DNA of 64,000 bases. Source: Actinomycetota bacterium. Its GTDB lineage: Bacteria; Actinomycetota; Actinomycetes; Actinomycetales; Microbacteriaceae. The stretch covers positions 3,749-67,748 of the forward strand of contig JBDLUH010000001.1 in assembly GCA_039805425.1 (NCBI GenBank), written 5' to 3'. Under the pieces are notes generated by a model. The model was given only the letters and a program-made list of their open reading frames with translations. It made no database searches and was not told where the DNA came from. Position 1 is the stretch's first letter; each line of letters begins with the position of its first letter. The translations under genes and the position numbers were made by a program. Shown one piece after another: positions 28,426-38,404 of this stretch.

Positions 28426-29094
28426 TTAATGAACTATCTTGTCTCGAATCATTTCGAATGACCGGTTTACCTGACCAGGTCGTATGGCGCTTAAACCGAT
28501 TGGCCTGGCCACCAAATCTGCAATCTGAAGTCCGGTGCTCGCGAAGGCTTTGGGCACGAATTTAACGGTAACTTGAGGTTCACGGCGGTGCCAAAATATG
28601 CTTTCCAGGGCCTCCAAGAGTCGTCGGTCATCTTTGGGCCCCCTTGACTCCAACACAAAAATTAGTTCCTCCCCCACTTTTCCATTACTTTTTAGCCATT
28701 CCACGCATCGATTTAGCCCTTCAACTGCCGAATTTGTGTAAATTTCAGGTTCATGATGTCCCTCGTTTTCCTTGGTTCGAATAATTGGAAGGATTCGAAA
28801 ATCAGATTTCGTGATTGTCCGGCTTAGATCATCCAGGAAAAGCTCTCGGAATATTGGGTCATTGAGAGCCTTGAATGCCCCAACTTTCTTTCGAATGTCA
28901 CTTTCATGAAGAATCACAAGATCATGTCCAAAATGCTGGAATTTGAGACGCTGAAATGAGGGGTCAATTTGGTTTATGTAGGTGTCAACATTGAACAAGC
29001 AGAAGGCAAGGACAAACACGGGATAGCTCTCGTTTCCAGCACCAAAATCAGAGCTTCCTGACTCATCGACGTAAATAATGTGTGAGCTTCGCAT
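28426..29094 (-). CDS. DUF3800 domain protein (predicted RNase H-like fold)
   Basis: IYVDESGS, YPVFVL, K..HFGHD.VILHE.DIRK, ESRG, GLQIADLVARPIG (QxxD motif). Confidence 0.88.
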   Translation of the reverse strand: MRSSHIIYVDESGSSDFGAGNESYPVFVLAFCLFNVDTYINQIDPSFQRLKFQHFGHDLVILHESDIRKKVGAFKALNDPIFRELFLDDLSRTITKSDFRILPIIRTKENEGHHEPEIYTNSAVEGLNRCVEWLKSNGKVGEELIFVLESRGPKDDRRLLEALESIFWHRREPQVTVKFVPKAFASTGLQIADLVARPIGLSAIRPGQVNRSFEMIRDKIVH

Positions 29095-29250
29095 CGCCCA
29101 AGTAAATCAGCCACCCGTGACAGCCAGCCGCACTTTTACACACCCTGCAACCCGCTAAAATAAAGGTGTCCGGCAACGTCGTCGACGACAAAAATCACCA
29201 AAAACGGCCTTTTCGGCCTCCCCCGCAAACTCCCAACAATCGGAGCAAAC

Positions 29251-29499
29251 ATGCCAAAGATCATCGTCGAAGTTATGCCAAAAGAGGTCCTTCTAGACCC
29301 AGCCGGCAAGTCCGTAAACAACGCCCTGCACCGCAAGGGGCATAAAGACATCACAGCCGTACGCATCGGCAAGCGCATTGAGCTTCACTTTGATCGTGAA
29401 ATCACCGATAGTGACCTAGCCGACGCCCGCGAAATCGGTGAAAGCTTCTTGTCAAACGGCGTCATTGAAGACGTTGTAAAGATCTCTTCAGAGAACTAA
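29251..29499 (+). CDS. purS: FGAM synthase subunit PurS
   Basis: VMPKEVLLDPAG, VRIGK, LSNGVIED; directly upstream of purQ. Confidence 0.93.
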   Translation: MPKIIVEVMPKEVLLDPAGKSVNNALHRKGHKDITAVRIGKRIELHFDREITDSDLADAREIGESFLSNGVIEDVVKISSEN

Positions 29500-29511
29500 G
29501 GGGCACCCACA

Positions 29512-30207
29512 ATGAAGATTGGTGTAGTCACCTTTCCTGGCACCCTTGATGACCGCGATGCAGCTCGCGCGGTTCGCCTAGCTGGCGGCGAGGCCGTAAG
29601 CCTTTGGCACGCTGACACAAACTTGCACAAGGTAGACGCAGTTGTTCTACCTGGTGGCTTCTCTTACGGTGACTACCTTCGCTGCGGTGCTATCGCAGCT
29701 CAGGCTCCGGTTATGGAATCCATCATCAAGGCAGCCAAGGGCGGCCTACCAGTTCTTGGTATTTGCAACGGCTTCCAAGTTCTTGTGGAATCACACTTGC
29801 TACCTGGCGGTCTAATTCGCAACGAGCACCAGCACTTCATTTGCCGCGATCAAAAACTTATTGTTGAGTCAAATACCACCGCGTGGACAAACGACTTTGC
29901 CCTAAACGAAGAAATCACCATTCCACTAAAGAACGGTGAGGGTGGTTACATCGCAACCGATGAAACCCTAAAGCGCCTAGAAGGCGAAGGCCTAATTGCG
30001 TTCCGCTATAAAGAGGTAAACCCAAACGGATCAATGAACGACATTGCAGGCTTGAGAAACGAGCGCGGCAACGTTGTTGGCCTTATGCCTCACCCAGAGC
30101 ACGCGGTTGAACCTGGCTTTGGCCCTGACACCACAGTTGCAATGCGCAGCGGTGTTGACGGTCTCAAATTTTTCACATCAGTACTAAAGAACGTGGTGAA
30201 CGCATAA
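29512..30207 (+). CDS. purQ: FGAM synthase glutaminase subunit PurQ
   Basis: [30 protein letters not shown]. Confidence 0.96.
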   Translation: MKIGVVTFPGTLDDRDAARAVRLAGGEAVSLWHADTNLHKVDAVVLPGGFSYGDYLRCGAIAAQAPVMESIIKAAKGGLPVLGICNGFQVLVESHLLPGGLIRNEHQHFICRDQKLIVESNTTAWTNDFALNEEITIPLKNGEGGYIATDETLKRLEGEGLIAFRYKEVNPNGSMNDIAGLRNERGNVVGLMPHPEHAVEPGFGPDTTVAMRSGVDGLKFFTSVLKNVVNA

Positions 30208-32519
30208 TGGGCATTTTTAGCAAAAAGAAAATCGCGTCGGGCGTTGACACAACTGCAAACGCAGCGGTAACTCCAGACAAAGAGCAGCCATGGGCAGCAC
30301 TTGGCTTGAAAGATGACGAGTACGCACGCATTCGCGAAATCCTCGGCCGCCGCCCAAGCTCATCAGAACTTGCCATGTATTCAGTTATGTGGTCAGAGCA
30401 CTGCTCATACAAGTCATCAAAGATTTACCTTCGTCAGTTTGGCGAAAAAGTAACACCTGAGATGAACAAGAACCTAATGGTAGGTATGGGTGAGAACGCC
30501 GGTGTGGTTGACATTGGTGAGGGCTGGGCAGTTACCTTCAAGGTTGAATCACACAACCACCCTTCATACATTGAACCTTTCCAGGGTGCAGCAACCGGTG
30601 TTGGCGGTATCGTTCGTGACATCTTGACTATGGGTGCACGCCCTATTGCAGTGATGGATCAGCTTCGCTTTGGTGAACCATCAAACCCCGATACCGCTCG
30701 CGTACTATCCGGCGTGGTTGATGGAATTAGTTTTTACGGCAACTGCCTAGGCCTGCCAAACATTGGTGGCGAGACAGTGTTCGACAAGGTCTACCAGGGC
30801 AACCCACTGGTAAATGCTTTGTCTGTTGGCGCTCTGCATCACGAAGACCTAAAGCTTGCCAAGGCTTCAAACCCTGGCGACCTAGTAATTCTTTTTGGTG
30901 CTCGCACCGGTGCTGATGGCATTGGTGGAGTATCAGTTCTTGCCTCTGAAACTTTTGACAGCACCGGGCCTGCAAAGCGCCCTGCTGTTCAGGTTGGTGA
31001 CCCATTTGCCGAGAAGGTTTTGATTGAGTGCTGTCTTGAGCTTTACGCAGCTCAGGTTGTTGCCGGTATTCAAGACCTTGGTGGTGCAGGTATTTCTTGT
31101 GCAACATCAGAGCTTGCTTCAAATGGTGGCGCAGGTATGCGCGTGCAGCTGCAAGATGTTCTAAAGCGTGACGAGTCACTAACCCCAGAAGAAATTCTGA
31201 TGAGTGAATCTCAAGAGCGCATGATGGGCATCGTGCCAAAGAAAGACTTCAAGAAGTTCAAGGCAATCGTTGATAAGTGGGAAGTGGAGTTCTCAGTTAT
31301 TGGTGAAGTAATTGCCGAAGATCGCCTTTACATCAACTGGGGTCACGAAGAAATCGTCAACGTGCCACCGCGCACCGTTGCCCACGACGGCCCAGTATAT
31401 GAGCGCCCAGTTGCATTCCCTTCATACCAAGATGCGCTAAATAATGACAGTGTTCACACACGCGGTCTATTCCGTCAGAACGATAATTCTTCAGAGCTTG
31501 CGGCGCAGTTGGTGCAGATTGTTTCAACACCAAACCAAGCCAGCAAAAAGTTCATCACTGATCAGTACGACCGCTACGTTGGCGGCAACACCGCACTTGC
31601 TCAGCCAGATGACTCAGGCATGATTCGAGTTAGCGAAGAATCTGGTCTTGGCATTGCATTGGCAACAGATGCAAATGGCCGCTACTGCTACCTTGACCCA
31701 TATCAGGGTGCGCGTCTTGCACTTGCCGAGGCATATCGCAACGTTGCAGTTTCTGGCTCAGTACCGGTTGCAGTTACAAACTGTTTGAACTTTGGTTCAC
31801 CTGAAAACCCAGAGGTAATGTGGCAGTTCAAGCAGGCAACTGCAGGTCTTGCTGATGGCTGTTTGGAACTTGGTATTCCAGTGACCGGCGGAAACGTTTC
31901 TTTCTACAACCAAACCGGCGACGTAGCCATTCACCCAACTCCAGTGGTTGGTGTGCTTGGTGTGATTGACGATGTTGCTCGCCGAATCCCATCGGGCTGG
32001 CAAGATGAAGGTCACAACATCTACCTACTTGGCACCACCAAAGATGAACTAGATGGTTCTGTTTGGTCTGAGGTTGTTCACTCTCACCTGGGTGGTCGCC
32101 CACCGGTTGTTGATCTACCTTTTGAGAAGCAGCTGGCCGAGGCACTAAATGCTGCCAGCGAGCAAGGCCTATTGGCTTCAGCTCACGACCTATCTGAGGC
32201 TGGTTTGGCTCAGGCAGTGGTTGAGAGCGTACTTCGCTTCAACATGGGTGCTCGCATCTGGCTTGATGAGATTCAAGAGCGCGATGGCGTTGACCGTACC
32301 TGTGCTCTGTTCTCAGAGTCCACCGGTCGTGTTCTAGTTTCTGTTGGCCGCGAAGATGACGTAAAGTTTGTTGGCCTCTGTGAAGCCCGCGGTATTCCGG
32401 TGCTTCGCATTGGTGTCACCGATAACTCAGGCGAACTAGAAATTCAGGATGTTGCCACCTGGCAGCTAAATGATCTGCGTGGTGCTCATGAAGGTACTCT
32501 GGCAGAGTTGTTTGGCTAA
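30207..32519 (+). CDS. purL: FGAM synthase subunit PurL
   Basis: [57 protein letters not shown]. Confidence 0.97.
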   Translation: MGIFSKKKIASGVDTTANAAVTPDKEQPWAALGLKDDEYARIREILGRRPSSSELAMYSVMWSEHCSYKSSKIYLRQFGEKVTPEMNKNLMVGMGENAGVVDIGEGWAVTFKVESHNHPSYIEPFQGAATGVGGIVRDILTMGARPIAVMDQLRFGEPSNPDTARVLSGVVDGISFYGNCLGLPNIGGETVFDKVYQGNPLVNALSVGALHHEDLKLAKASNPGDLVILFGARTGADGIGGVSVLASETFDSTGPAKRPAVQVGDPFAEKVLIECCLELYAAQVVAGIQDLGGAGISCATSELASNGGAGMRVQLQDVLKRDESLTPEEILMSESQERMMGIVPKKDFKKFKAIVDKWEVEFSVIGEVIAEDRLYINWGHEEIVNVPPRTVAHDGPVYERPVAFPSYQDALNNDSVHTRGLFRQNDNSSELAAQLVQIVSTPNQASKKFITDQYDRYVGGNTALAQPDDSGMIRVSEESGLGIALATDANGRYCYLDPYQGARLALAEAYRNVAVSGSVPVAVTNCLNFGSPENPEVMWQFKQATAGLADGCLELGIPVTGGNVSFYNQTGDVAIHPTPVVGVLGVIDDVARRIPSGWQDEGHNIYLLGTTKDELDGSVWSEVVHSHLGGRPPVVDLPFEKQLAEALNAASEQGLLASAHDLSEAGLAQAVVESVLRFNMGARIWLDEIQERDGVDRTCALFSESTGRVLVSVGREDDVKFVGLCEARGIPVLRIGVTDNSGELEIQDVATWQLNDLRGAHEGTLAELFG

Positions 32520-32531
32520 GCCGCAAATTAG

Positions 32532-32561
32532 AAGAGCTCCAGGGAAACCCGGAGCTCTTTT
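32532..32561 (+). terminator. Intrinsic terminator after purL
   Basis: AAGAGCTCC-A-GGGAAACCC-GGAGCTCTT followed by T. Confidence 0.8.
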
Positions 32562-32568
32562 CAATGTC

Positions 32569-33120
32569 TTAGCTTATTTTTTTCCAAGTTCCACAGCGGC
32601 TCGTTTTGAAACCTGCGTCACCTTCTTCGATGGTCACGATCTGAGGACCCGAAGCAAAATCACTTGCAAGGATCTCCTCTAGATCACCGCCGAATGAAGA
32701 TAGGCGGGCCCAGTAACAGTTGTCATTGCTGCTTGACTCGTATGTTCCTGGCAGAATCTGTGTTCCAACTTGGTAAATTCCATTAGTTTTCAAAGTCTTG
32801 ATTAGTTTGAGATTCTTCATCGGCTTCCAAGTGCCACAACGACTGCTCTTAAAACCTGCGTCACCGTCTTGAATCTCGACGATCATTTGACCACTGCCAA
32901 ACTCGCTCGAAAGAATGTCATCTAACTTCCCACTGAAACCTGAAAGACGAGCCCAGTAGCACCCCGCGCTGTTACTATTCGCTGAAACGTAAACGCCTGG
33001 CTTATACGTCTTTCCTATTTTGACAGTTCCACTGCCCTTGATGTCCTTGGCTTGCGCAGGCAAAGCCACTCCTCCAACCAGCAAAGCTGTGCAGGCGATG
33101 ACGCCAATTAACTTTTTCAT
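32569..33120 (-). CDS. Secreted protein with two tandem ~75-aa Cys-paired repeats
   Basis: Signal peptide ending AQA; PG.Y.S...CYWARLS.F.G.L..IL.S.F.SG...V.I..GDAGFK.SRCGTWK occurs twice. Confidence 0.8.
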   Translation of the reverse strand: MKKLIGVIACTALLVGGVALPAQAKDIKGSGTVKIGKTYKPGVYVSANSNSAGCYWARLSGFSGKLDDILSSEFGSGQMIVEIQDGDAGFKSSRCGTWKPMKNLKLIKTLKTNGIYQVGTQILPGTYESSSNDNCYWARLSSFGGDLEEILASDFASGPQIVTIEEGDAGFKTSRCGTWKKIS

Positions 33121-33267
33121 TTTCCCCCCATATTGGTCCAGTAAAGTATGAACCTTTCACAATTATCCCAGCGGGGTAAGAATTTGGATATCAAGTTATC
33201 CATTCGTGATGATTTCCCCCTTGAATTAGGTTAGCTTTAAAGCGAATTGAACGTTTGGGGGGAATTA

Positions 33268-34077
33268 ATGAGCGTTGTCATACCTGCGCCAAAATCATTT
33301 TTGGCCGCATGGGCTCTGGGCCTTTTCTTGGGGTTCTTCGGAGCCGACAGGTTCTATTTGGGCAAGTACAAGTCTGGGGCAGTCAAATTTTTGACGGCTG
33401 GTGGCCTGGGCATCTGGTGGTTGATCGACCTCATAATTATTCTTGTAGGCAAGGCTAAAGATAAAGATGGAAATTTGCTTGACGCCAGCAAAGGTCAGCG
33501 ATGGGCAGCGATTGCTGTTTCCGTATTATTCATTGCTTGGCTAATTTCCCTCCCTAGAGACACCGCTAGCTCAACGGAGGATTCTTCGTATACGCAGAGT
33601 TCAACTACCACGGAAAGCTCCGCATCTGCAGTTCCTGATGTAAGCCCAACACCTGTGACCGTGGAATCACCTACCCCTGATGTTTCTCCTTCACCTGAGC
33701 CAAGCCCAACAACAAATGACACTGCTGCTGGCAAAGAGGCATTTTCTTTCTATGCACATCGTGAAATTAGTGACATGCTGAAGGACATTGATGACATGAA
33801 ATCCCGCGCCAAGGAGCGATCTTCACTTCGTCTAATGGGTAACCTGATAGAAATAATGTGGAATAAAACACAGCTCGAAGACCTCACTCCACCAACATCG
33901 ATTTCAAAGAAGTGGTTTGCATCCCTGGAAAAACTTGATGTTCAACGTGACGCTTTGTCTGAAAAAATAAGTGCCTTTGTCTCTGAAGAAATTACATCGT
34001 CTCAAATGCAAAAAGCAATTTCCACGTTTAGAGCCGCTGTCCTTAACTTAGAGAACCTGGCAGACAAAGTCAGATAA
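33268..34077 (+). CDS. TM2 domain membrane protein with Ser/Thr/Pro linker and helical C-terminal domain
   Basis: KSFLAAWALGLFLGFFGADRFYLG...GIWWLIDLI (TM2 motif). Confidence 0.85.
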   Translation: MSVVIPAPKSFLAAWALGLFLGFFGADRFYLGKYKSGAVKFLTAGGLGIWWLIDLIIILVGKAKDKDGNLLDASKGQRWAAIAVSVLFIAWLISLPRDTASSTEDSSYTQSSTTTESSASAVPDVSPTPVTVESPTPDVSPSPEPSPTTNDTAAGKEAFSFYAHREISDMLKDIDDMKSRAKERSSLRLMGNLIEIMWNKTQLEDLTPPTSISKKWFASLEKLDVQRDALSEKISAFVSEEITSSQMQKAISTFRAAVLNLENLADKVR

Positions 34078-34101
34078 AACTTTTTCCCGATCATTGTTCC
34101 T

Positions 34102-34803
34102 CTACCGAAGGTGCTCCCCAAAGAATTTCTCAATTCTTTGCCACGCATCAGCCGCGGCTTCTGGGTTGGGCTTTGCACCAGTAATTCTTAGAAGAGTTCC
34201 CAACACTGGGCCACCTGCTTGGTGTGGGTTCATGAACGCGTGGCCGGTATCGGGGTATTCCTTTATATCGTGCGCAATCTTCTTTTTAGTTAGCGCAAGC
34301 TCAAGCTTGGCTGCGGCTCCGGCAAGCTGCTTGTCTTTGGTGCCAAAGCTACCAACAATTGGGCACGCGCCCTCGAGGGCTGCATCAACATCTTTAGGCA
34401 TCATGCCGTAATTCACAGCCGATGCGTCGTATCCGCGGCTAGCCAACAACAGGGCAAAGCCGCCACCCATGCAGAAACCAATCACACCAACTTTCTTGGT
34501 GGTGTCAGGGCGGGCAAGCAGGTTGGCTTTAGCGGCTTCAACATCTGTGAAGGCTTGGCCGGTGCCATTGGTTAGGGCCTTGAAGGTTGCGGTTAGGCAC
34601 TTGCGGGCGCCGCCCCTGCTGAAAAGATCTGGCATCAGCACCACATAGCCGGCTTTGGCAAGGCGAGTGATTTGGGCTCGCATGGCATCGTCAATGCCAA
34701 AGATCTCGTGCACCATGACAACTGATGGAAATGGGCCCTTACCTTCGGGAACGGCAAGCACGCCCTTTAGTTCAGGCGTGATCTGGATTTCAGTTAGTTG
34801 CAT
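34102..34803 (-). CDS. Dienelactone hydrolase family protein
   Basis: HEIFG, GFCMGG nucleophile, YPDTGHAF. Confidence 0.92.
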   Translation of the reverse strand: MQLTEIQITPELKGVLAVPEGKGPFPSVVMVHEIFGIDDAMRAQITRLAKAGYVVLMPDLFSRGGARKCLTATFKALTNGTGQAFTDVEAAKANLLARPDTTKKVGVIGFCMGGGFALLLASRGYDASAVNYGMMPKDVDAALEGACPIVGSFGTKDKQLAGAAAKLELALTKKKIAHDIKEYPDTGHAFMNPHQAGGPVLGTLLRITGAKPNPEAAADAWQRIEKFFGEHLR

Positions 34804-34856
34804 TACTTTAGGCTAGCTCGCCCTAGCCATTAATCGACATCGGTTGACACTTGTCT

Positions 34857-35420
34857 TTAGAACTGAAACCTAGAAACAAGTTCAGGGCTTAGGCGAATAG
34901 TGCCTATGCCGTTCTTGTGCAGCAGGCCATAAATTGGCCTCAAGTAAACCGGGGTGGAAACTACTTTTAGGTTGATGTGCGGCTTCTTTTCTCTGATCAA
35001 GGTCAGTGCGGCCAGAAAGTCTGTATCAGCGCTGAAGAGAAGAACCTCATCAACGGAATTAGCAAACACATTTGAAATCAGGTGAGCGGCTATAGAGACA
35101 TCGGTCTGCTTTTCTACATAGCGTCTTGTCATGGTCCCACACGCAGAGCACTCTTCTAGTTGGCTTCTGAACTCCGTCTTAAATACACGGATGCCCGTAT
35201 CTTCCAGCTTTGTTAGGTACTGAAACTGTCTGGAGCGACTCTTTTTGTCTAAGTGTTCGACAAGTGCTGTGAAGTAGAGAATCTCAAATGTGTCGCAGCC
35301 GTGATTGCTTGCAAATGCCTGACAAAGGGTTGATAGATCCAAATTAGTTTGTTCAGGCGATTGACTCTGTAATGAATGGAAAAGATTTAGCCCGTCAATC
35401 AAGACAAGCATGCGCTTCAT
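34857..35420 (-). CDS. NYN (LabA/DUF88, PIN-like) domain nuclease with CxxC insert
   Basis: IDGLNL, YFTA, EKQTDV, SADTDF acidic motifs; ECSACG. Confidence 0.9.
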   Translation of the reverse strand: MKRMLVLIDGLNLFHSLQSQSPEQTNLDLSTLCQAFASNHGCDTFEILYFTALVEHLDKKSRSRQFQYLTKLEDTGIRVFKTEFRSQLEECSACGTMTRRYVEKQTDVSIAAHLISNVFANSVDEVLLFSADTDFLAALTLIREKKPHINLKVVSTPVYLRPIYGLLHKNGIGTIRLSPELVSRFQF

Positions 35421-35438
35421 TCGAGACCTCGTTAAATG

Positions 35439-35491
35439 AAAAACCCGGCGGATATACCGCCGGGGGGGATTGGGTTCGAGCCAATCGCAAT
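35439..35491 (-). ncRNA. Predicted ~53-nt leader RNA (hairpin + intrinsic terminator) upstream of the NYN gene
   Basis: Minus strand: GATTGG-CTCGAAC-CCAATC, then CCCGGCGG-TATAT-CCGCCGGG-TTTTT, ending 18 nt before the ATG. Confidence 0.6.
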
Positions 35492-35497
35492 ACGGCT

Positions 35498-35526
35498 AAG
35501 TTATCAAAGTCTTGTTTGTTTTTCAA
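35498..35526 (-). promoter_or_regulatory. Sigma-A-type promoter for the leader RNA and NYN gene
   Basis: Minus strand TTGAAA-17 nt-TAACTT with extended -10 TG. Confidence 0.7.
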
Positions 35527-35727
35527 TAACTAGCGGGCTTTACTTGGCGGCTGTGGATAAGTGCTCCCCAAAGAACTTCTAAAGCCTTTGCCACACAGCT
35601 GCCGCCGCCAACGGCCCATGCCGGTTACTGCCATACTTGGAGCAAGCCCCCTGAAATAAGAGCGAAACATTAGTGTGGTGGGCTTATCTAACAGCTTCAA
35701 GACGACTCCCGAAAGGTACATTATTTA

Positions 35728-36762
35728 ATGCTCAAGTCCATACGAAAGATAGCAGTTGCCGCAGTAGCAGTTGCAGCCCTAACCCTTAGCGGTTGCGCAC
35801 CAGCAGCAGAAACAAGCTCAGAAAGCCAGTCATTTGGCGACCTAAATGTTCAGCTCAGCTGGATCAAAAACTCAGAGTTTGCTGGTGAATTCTTTGCAGA
35901 CACCAACGGCTACTACGCTGAAGCTGGCTTTGACTCAGTGAACCTAGTTGCCGGCCCAGCTGCCACCGAGGCAGAGGTTCTAAACGGAAACGTTCTAGTA
36001 GGAATTGCAAACCCAATCTCAGTTGCACCAGTCATTCTTAATGAGGGTGCTGCACTAAAGATCATTGGTACCACCTACCAAAAGAACCCTTTCACAATTC
36101 TTTCTCTCAAAGAGGGCGCCAACATTAAGACCGTTAAGGACCTTATCGGTAAAAAAATTGGTGTTCAGGCTGGCCCAAACGAGACCCTATTTGATGCGTT
36201 GCTAAAGGCAAACGGCATTGATGCTTCAAAGGTAACCAAGGTTCCGGTTCAGTACGATCCAGCTCCGCTAGTAAATGGTGAAGTAGACGGCTTCTTGGCT
36301 TATGTAACCAACGAGTCTTTCACCGTAGAGCAGCAGGGATACCCAGTTACCAACTTGCTATTTGCAGACAACGGTTTGCCATTTGTAACTGAGAGCTTTG
36401 TAGTAACCCAGGATTCAATTGACAACAACCGTGCAGCACTGAAGGCTTTCCTTCGCGCAACAATTCGCGGCTGGAAAGACTCAATTGCCAACCCACAAGA
36501 GGGAGCACGTTTGGCTCTTGAGGTTTACGGTAAAGACCTTGGTCTAGTCAAGGATAAAGAGGAATACCAGTCAAAGACCCAGAACGAAATCTTGGTTCAG
36601 ACAGACGAGACCCGATCAAACGGCCTCTTCACCATTAGCGACGCGATGATTGCCCTGAACCTTGCAACCCTAAAGGCTTCTGGTTTTGTGATCACCGCTG
36701 AGCAGCTCTTTGACATGAGCCTTCTAGCCGAGGTTTACGAAGAGAACCCTGAACTCAAGTAA
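35728..36762 (+). CDS. ABC transporter substrate-binding lipoprotein, NMT1/THI5 (SsuA-like) family
   Basis: Lipobox LSGC; QLSWIKNSEFAG..A...GYY; DLIGKKIGVQ. Confidence 0.87.
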   Translation: MLKSIRKIAVAAVAVAALTLSGCAPAAETSSESQSFGDLNVQLSWIKNSEFAGEFFADTNGYYAEAGFDSVNLVAGPAATEAEVLNGNVLVGIANPISVAPVILNEGAALKIIGTTYQKNPFTILSLKEGANIKTVKDLIGKKIGVQAGPNETLFDALLKANGIDASKVTKVPVQYDPAPLVNGEVDGFLAYVTNESFTVEQQGYPVTNLLFADNGLPFVTESFVVTQDSIDNNRAALKAFLRATIRGWKDSIANPQEGARLALEVYGKDLGLVKDKEEYQSKTQNEILVQTDETRSNGLFTISDAMIALNLATLKASGFVITAEQLFDMSLLAEVYEENPELK

Positions 36763-36771
36763 TATACGGTT

Positions 36772-37593
36772 ATGAGTTTCAACGATGCCGCTCCCCTCTC
36801 GTCAGAGCTGGGGAGCGGCATCAACATTTCTGGGCTAACCAAGAAATTCAAAATTGGCCGCGAAACTCTAACCGCATTAGATGGCGCAACACTGCACAGT
36901 GATCGAGGCAGCTTTCTCTCACTGTTGGGGCCATCGGGTTGCGGTAAATCTACAATTCTTAGAATTCTTGCCGGGCTAGAGACCGCCACCGAGGGGTCGG
37001 CAACGGTTGATGGCAAGAGCCCTACCGAGCTGAGAAAAAATCACGAACTGGGCATAGCGTTTCAAGATTCGGCACTAATGCCATGGCGATCTGTTATCGA
37101 CAACATTCGCCTGCCGCTTGAGCTATCTGGCACTAAACCAGATCAGAAACAATTAGCCGATTTAATTTCACTGGTTGGACTTCAAGGTTTCGAAAACGCA
37201 AAGCCTGCGCAGCTTTCTGGTGGAATGCGTCAGCGAGTTTCAATTGCGCGCGCGCTGGTTGTGCAGCCATCGGTGCTGCTGCTAGACGAACCGTTTGGTG
37301 CACTTGATGATATGACTCGCCAACGCCTAAACCTAGAGCTGCTGCGAATCTGGACAGAAAAGCCAGCCACCACATTGATGGTTACACACGGCATTAGCGA
37401 AGCTATTTTCTTAAGTGATCAGGTTGCCGTAATGAGCGCGCGCCCAGGCCGCATCGTTGAGGTAATAGATGTAGACCTTCCGCGCCCCCGCACCATTGAA
37501 ATGATGCGAACAGCTGAATTTCATGCACTTCACGACCAGGCTTCAGAATTGTTGTTTGGCGCTCATGGCGAAAACATTCAAGAAGACCAGTAG
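36772..37593 (+). CDS. ABC transporter ATP-binding protein (TauB/SsuB-like)
   Basis: [27 protein letters not shown]. Confidence 0.92.
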   Translation: MSFNDAAPLSSELGSGINISGLTKKFKIGRETLTALDGATLHSDRGSFLSLLGPSGCGKSTILRILAGLETATEGSATVDGKSPTELRKNHELGIAFQDSALMPWRSVIDNIRLPLELSGTKPDQKQLADLISLVGLQGFENAKPAQLSGGMRQRVSIARALVVQPSVLLLDEPFGALDDMTRQRLNLELLRIWTEKPATTLMVTHGISEAIFLSDQVAVMSARPGRIVEVIDVDLPRPRTIEMMRTAEFHALHDQASELLFGAHGENIQEDQ

Positions 37594-38404
37594 TTTCGTA
37601 ATGACGAACAAGAAATGGATATCCGGCGGCCTCGGCAGTGTGGGTGTGATTTTGCTTTGGTGGTTGGTGGCGGCAACATCTTTTAGAAACACACCAAAAG
37701 GTTCAACTGAATCTGTGGGCGCAATTCCAACACCGCCAGAAGTTTTAAATCAATTTGCCGAAGACGGATTTTCTTTTTTCGCCAGAAACGCCATTATTAC
37801 AATCACCGAAGCCGGCATTGGTTTTCTTTGGGGCAACCTTGCGGCCTTAGCTTTGGCTGCGGTGGCGCTTACTTTGCCGAAACTGGAGAACCTTGCCTCA
37901 CAAATTGCACTAATTACATATTGCATTCCGATTGTGGCTATTGGGCCAATTATTCGCTTGGTGCTTGGTGCGCCGGCCGCTGGTCAACCATCAGAAACAG
38001 CCATTGCGTTGGCCGCCCTAAGCGTGTTTTTCACAACCATGGTTGGAGCAATGACCGGAGTTAAATCGGCAGACCGCGCAGCTCTTGATGTGGTTACCGT
38101 GTTCGGCGGCAATGCATGGCACAGGCTTATTAAGGTTCAACTGCTAACCGCCTTGCCATCAATTTTTGCCGCTTTGCGAATTGCTGCGCCGGCCGCTTTT
38201 CTTGGCGCCATTCTTGGTGAATACGTTGGTGGCCCCGATGTTGGTTTTGGCCCCGCCATGGTGAATGCGCAACAGTCACTTGAGGTTGCCCGAGTGTGGA
38301 CTCTGGCCATTACCTCTGGTGCAATTGCCGGTGCCGCCTACGCAATTGTTGGATTGGTAGCCCGCTTTGTAACCCCGTGGTCGCGCAGTACGGGGCAAGC
38401 ATGA
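37523..38404 (+). CDS. ABC transporter permease (TauC/SsuC-like); true start probably further downstream (37565 or 37601)
   Basis: [21 protein letters not shown]; multiple TM helices. Confidence 0.87.
   Translation: MHFTTRLQNCCLALMAKTFKKTSSFVMTNKKWISGGLGSVGVILLWWLVAATSFRNTPKGSTESVGAIPTPPEVLNQFAEDGFSFFARNAIITITEAGIGFLWGNLAALALAAVALTLPKLENLASQIALITYCIPIVAIGPIIRLVLGAPAAGQPSETAIALAALSVFFTTMVGAMTGVKSADRAALDVVTVFGGNAWHRLIKVQLLTALPSIFAALRIAAPAAFLGAILGEYVGGPDVGFGPAMVNAQQSLEVARVWTLAITSGAIAGAAYAIVGLVARFVTPWSRSTGQA

Noticed and set aside
28190-28429. 79-aa plus-strand ORF across the DUF3800-associated RNA region
   Set aside because: No RBS or protein-like features; it runs through a promoter motif and a terminator, and the pairing-preserving hairpins are better explained as RNA.
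35552-35560. Perfect DnaA box (TTATCCACA on the minus strand)
   Set aside because: I noticed only one copy, with no dnaA/dnaN or box cluster; not an origin, and one 9-mer can occur by chance.
35530-35721. 63-aa minus-strand ORF, and a possible TPP riboswitch upstream of the THI5-like gene
   Set aside because: The ORF lacks coding features; the TPP core (CUGAGA...ACCUGAU...GNARC) is not recognisable.
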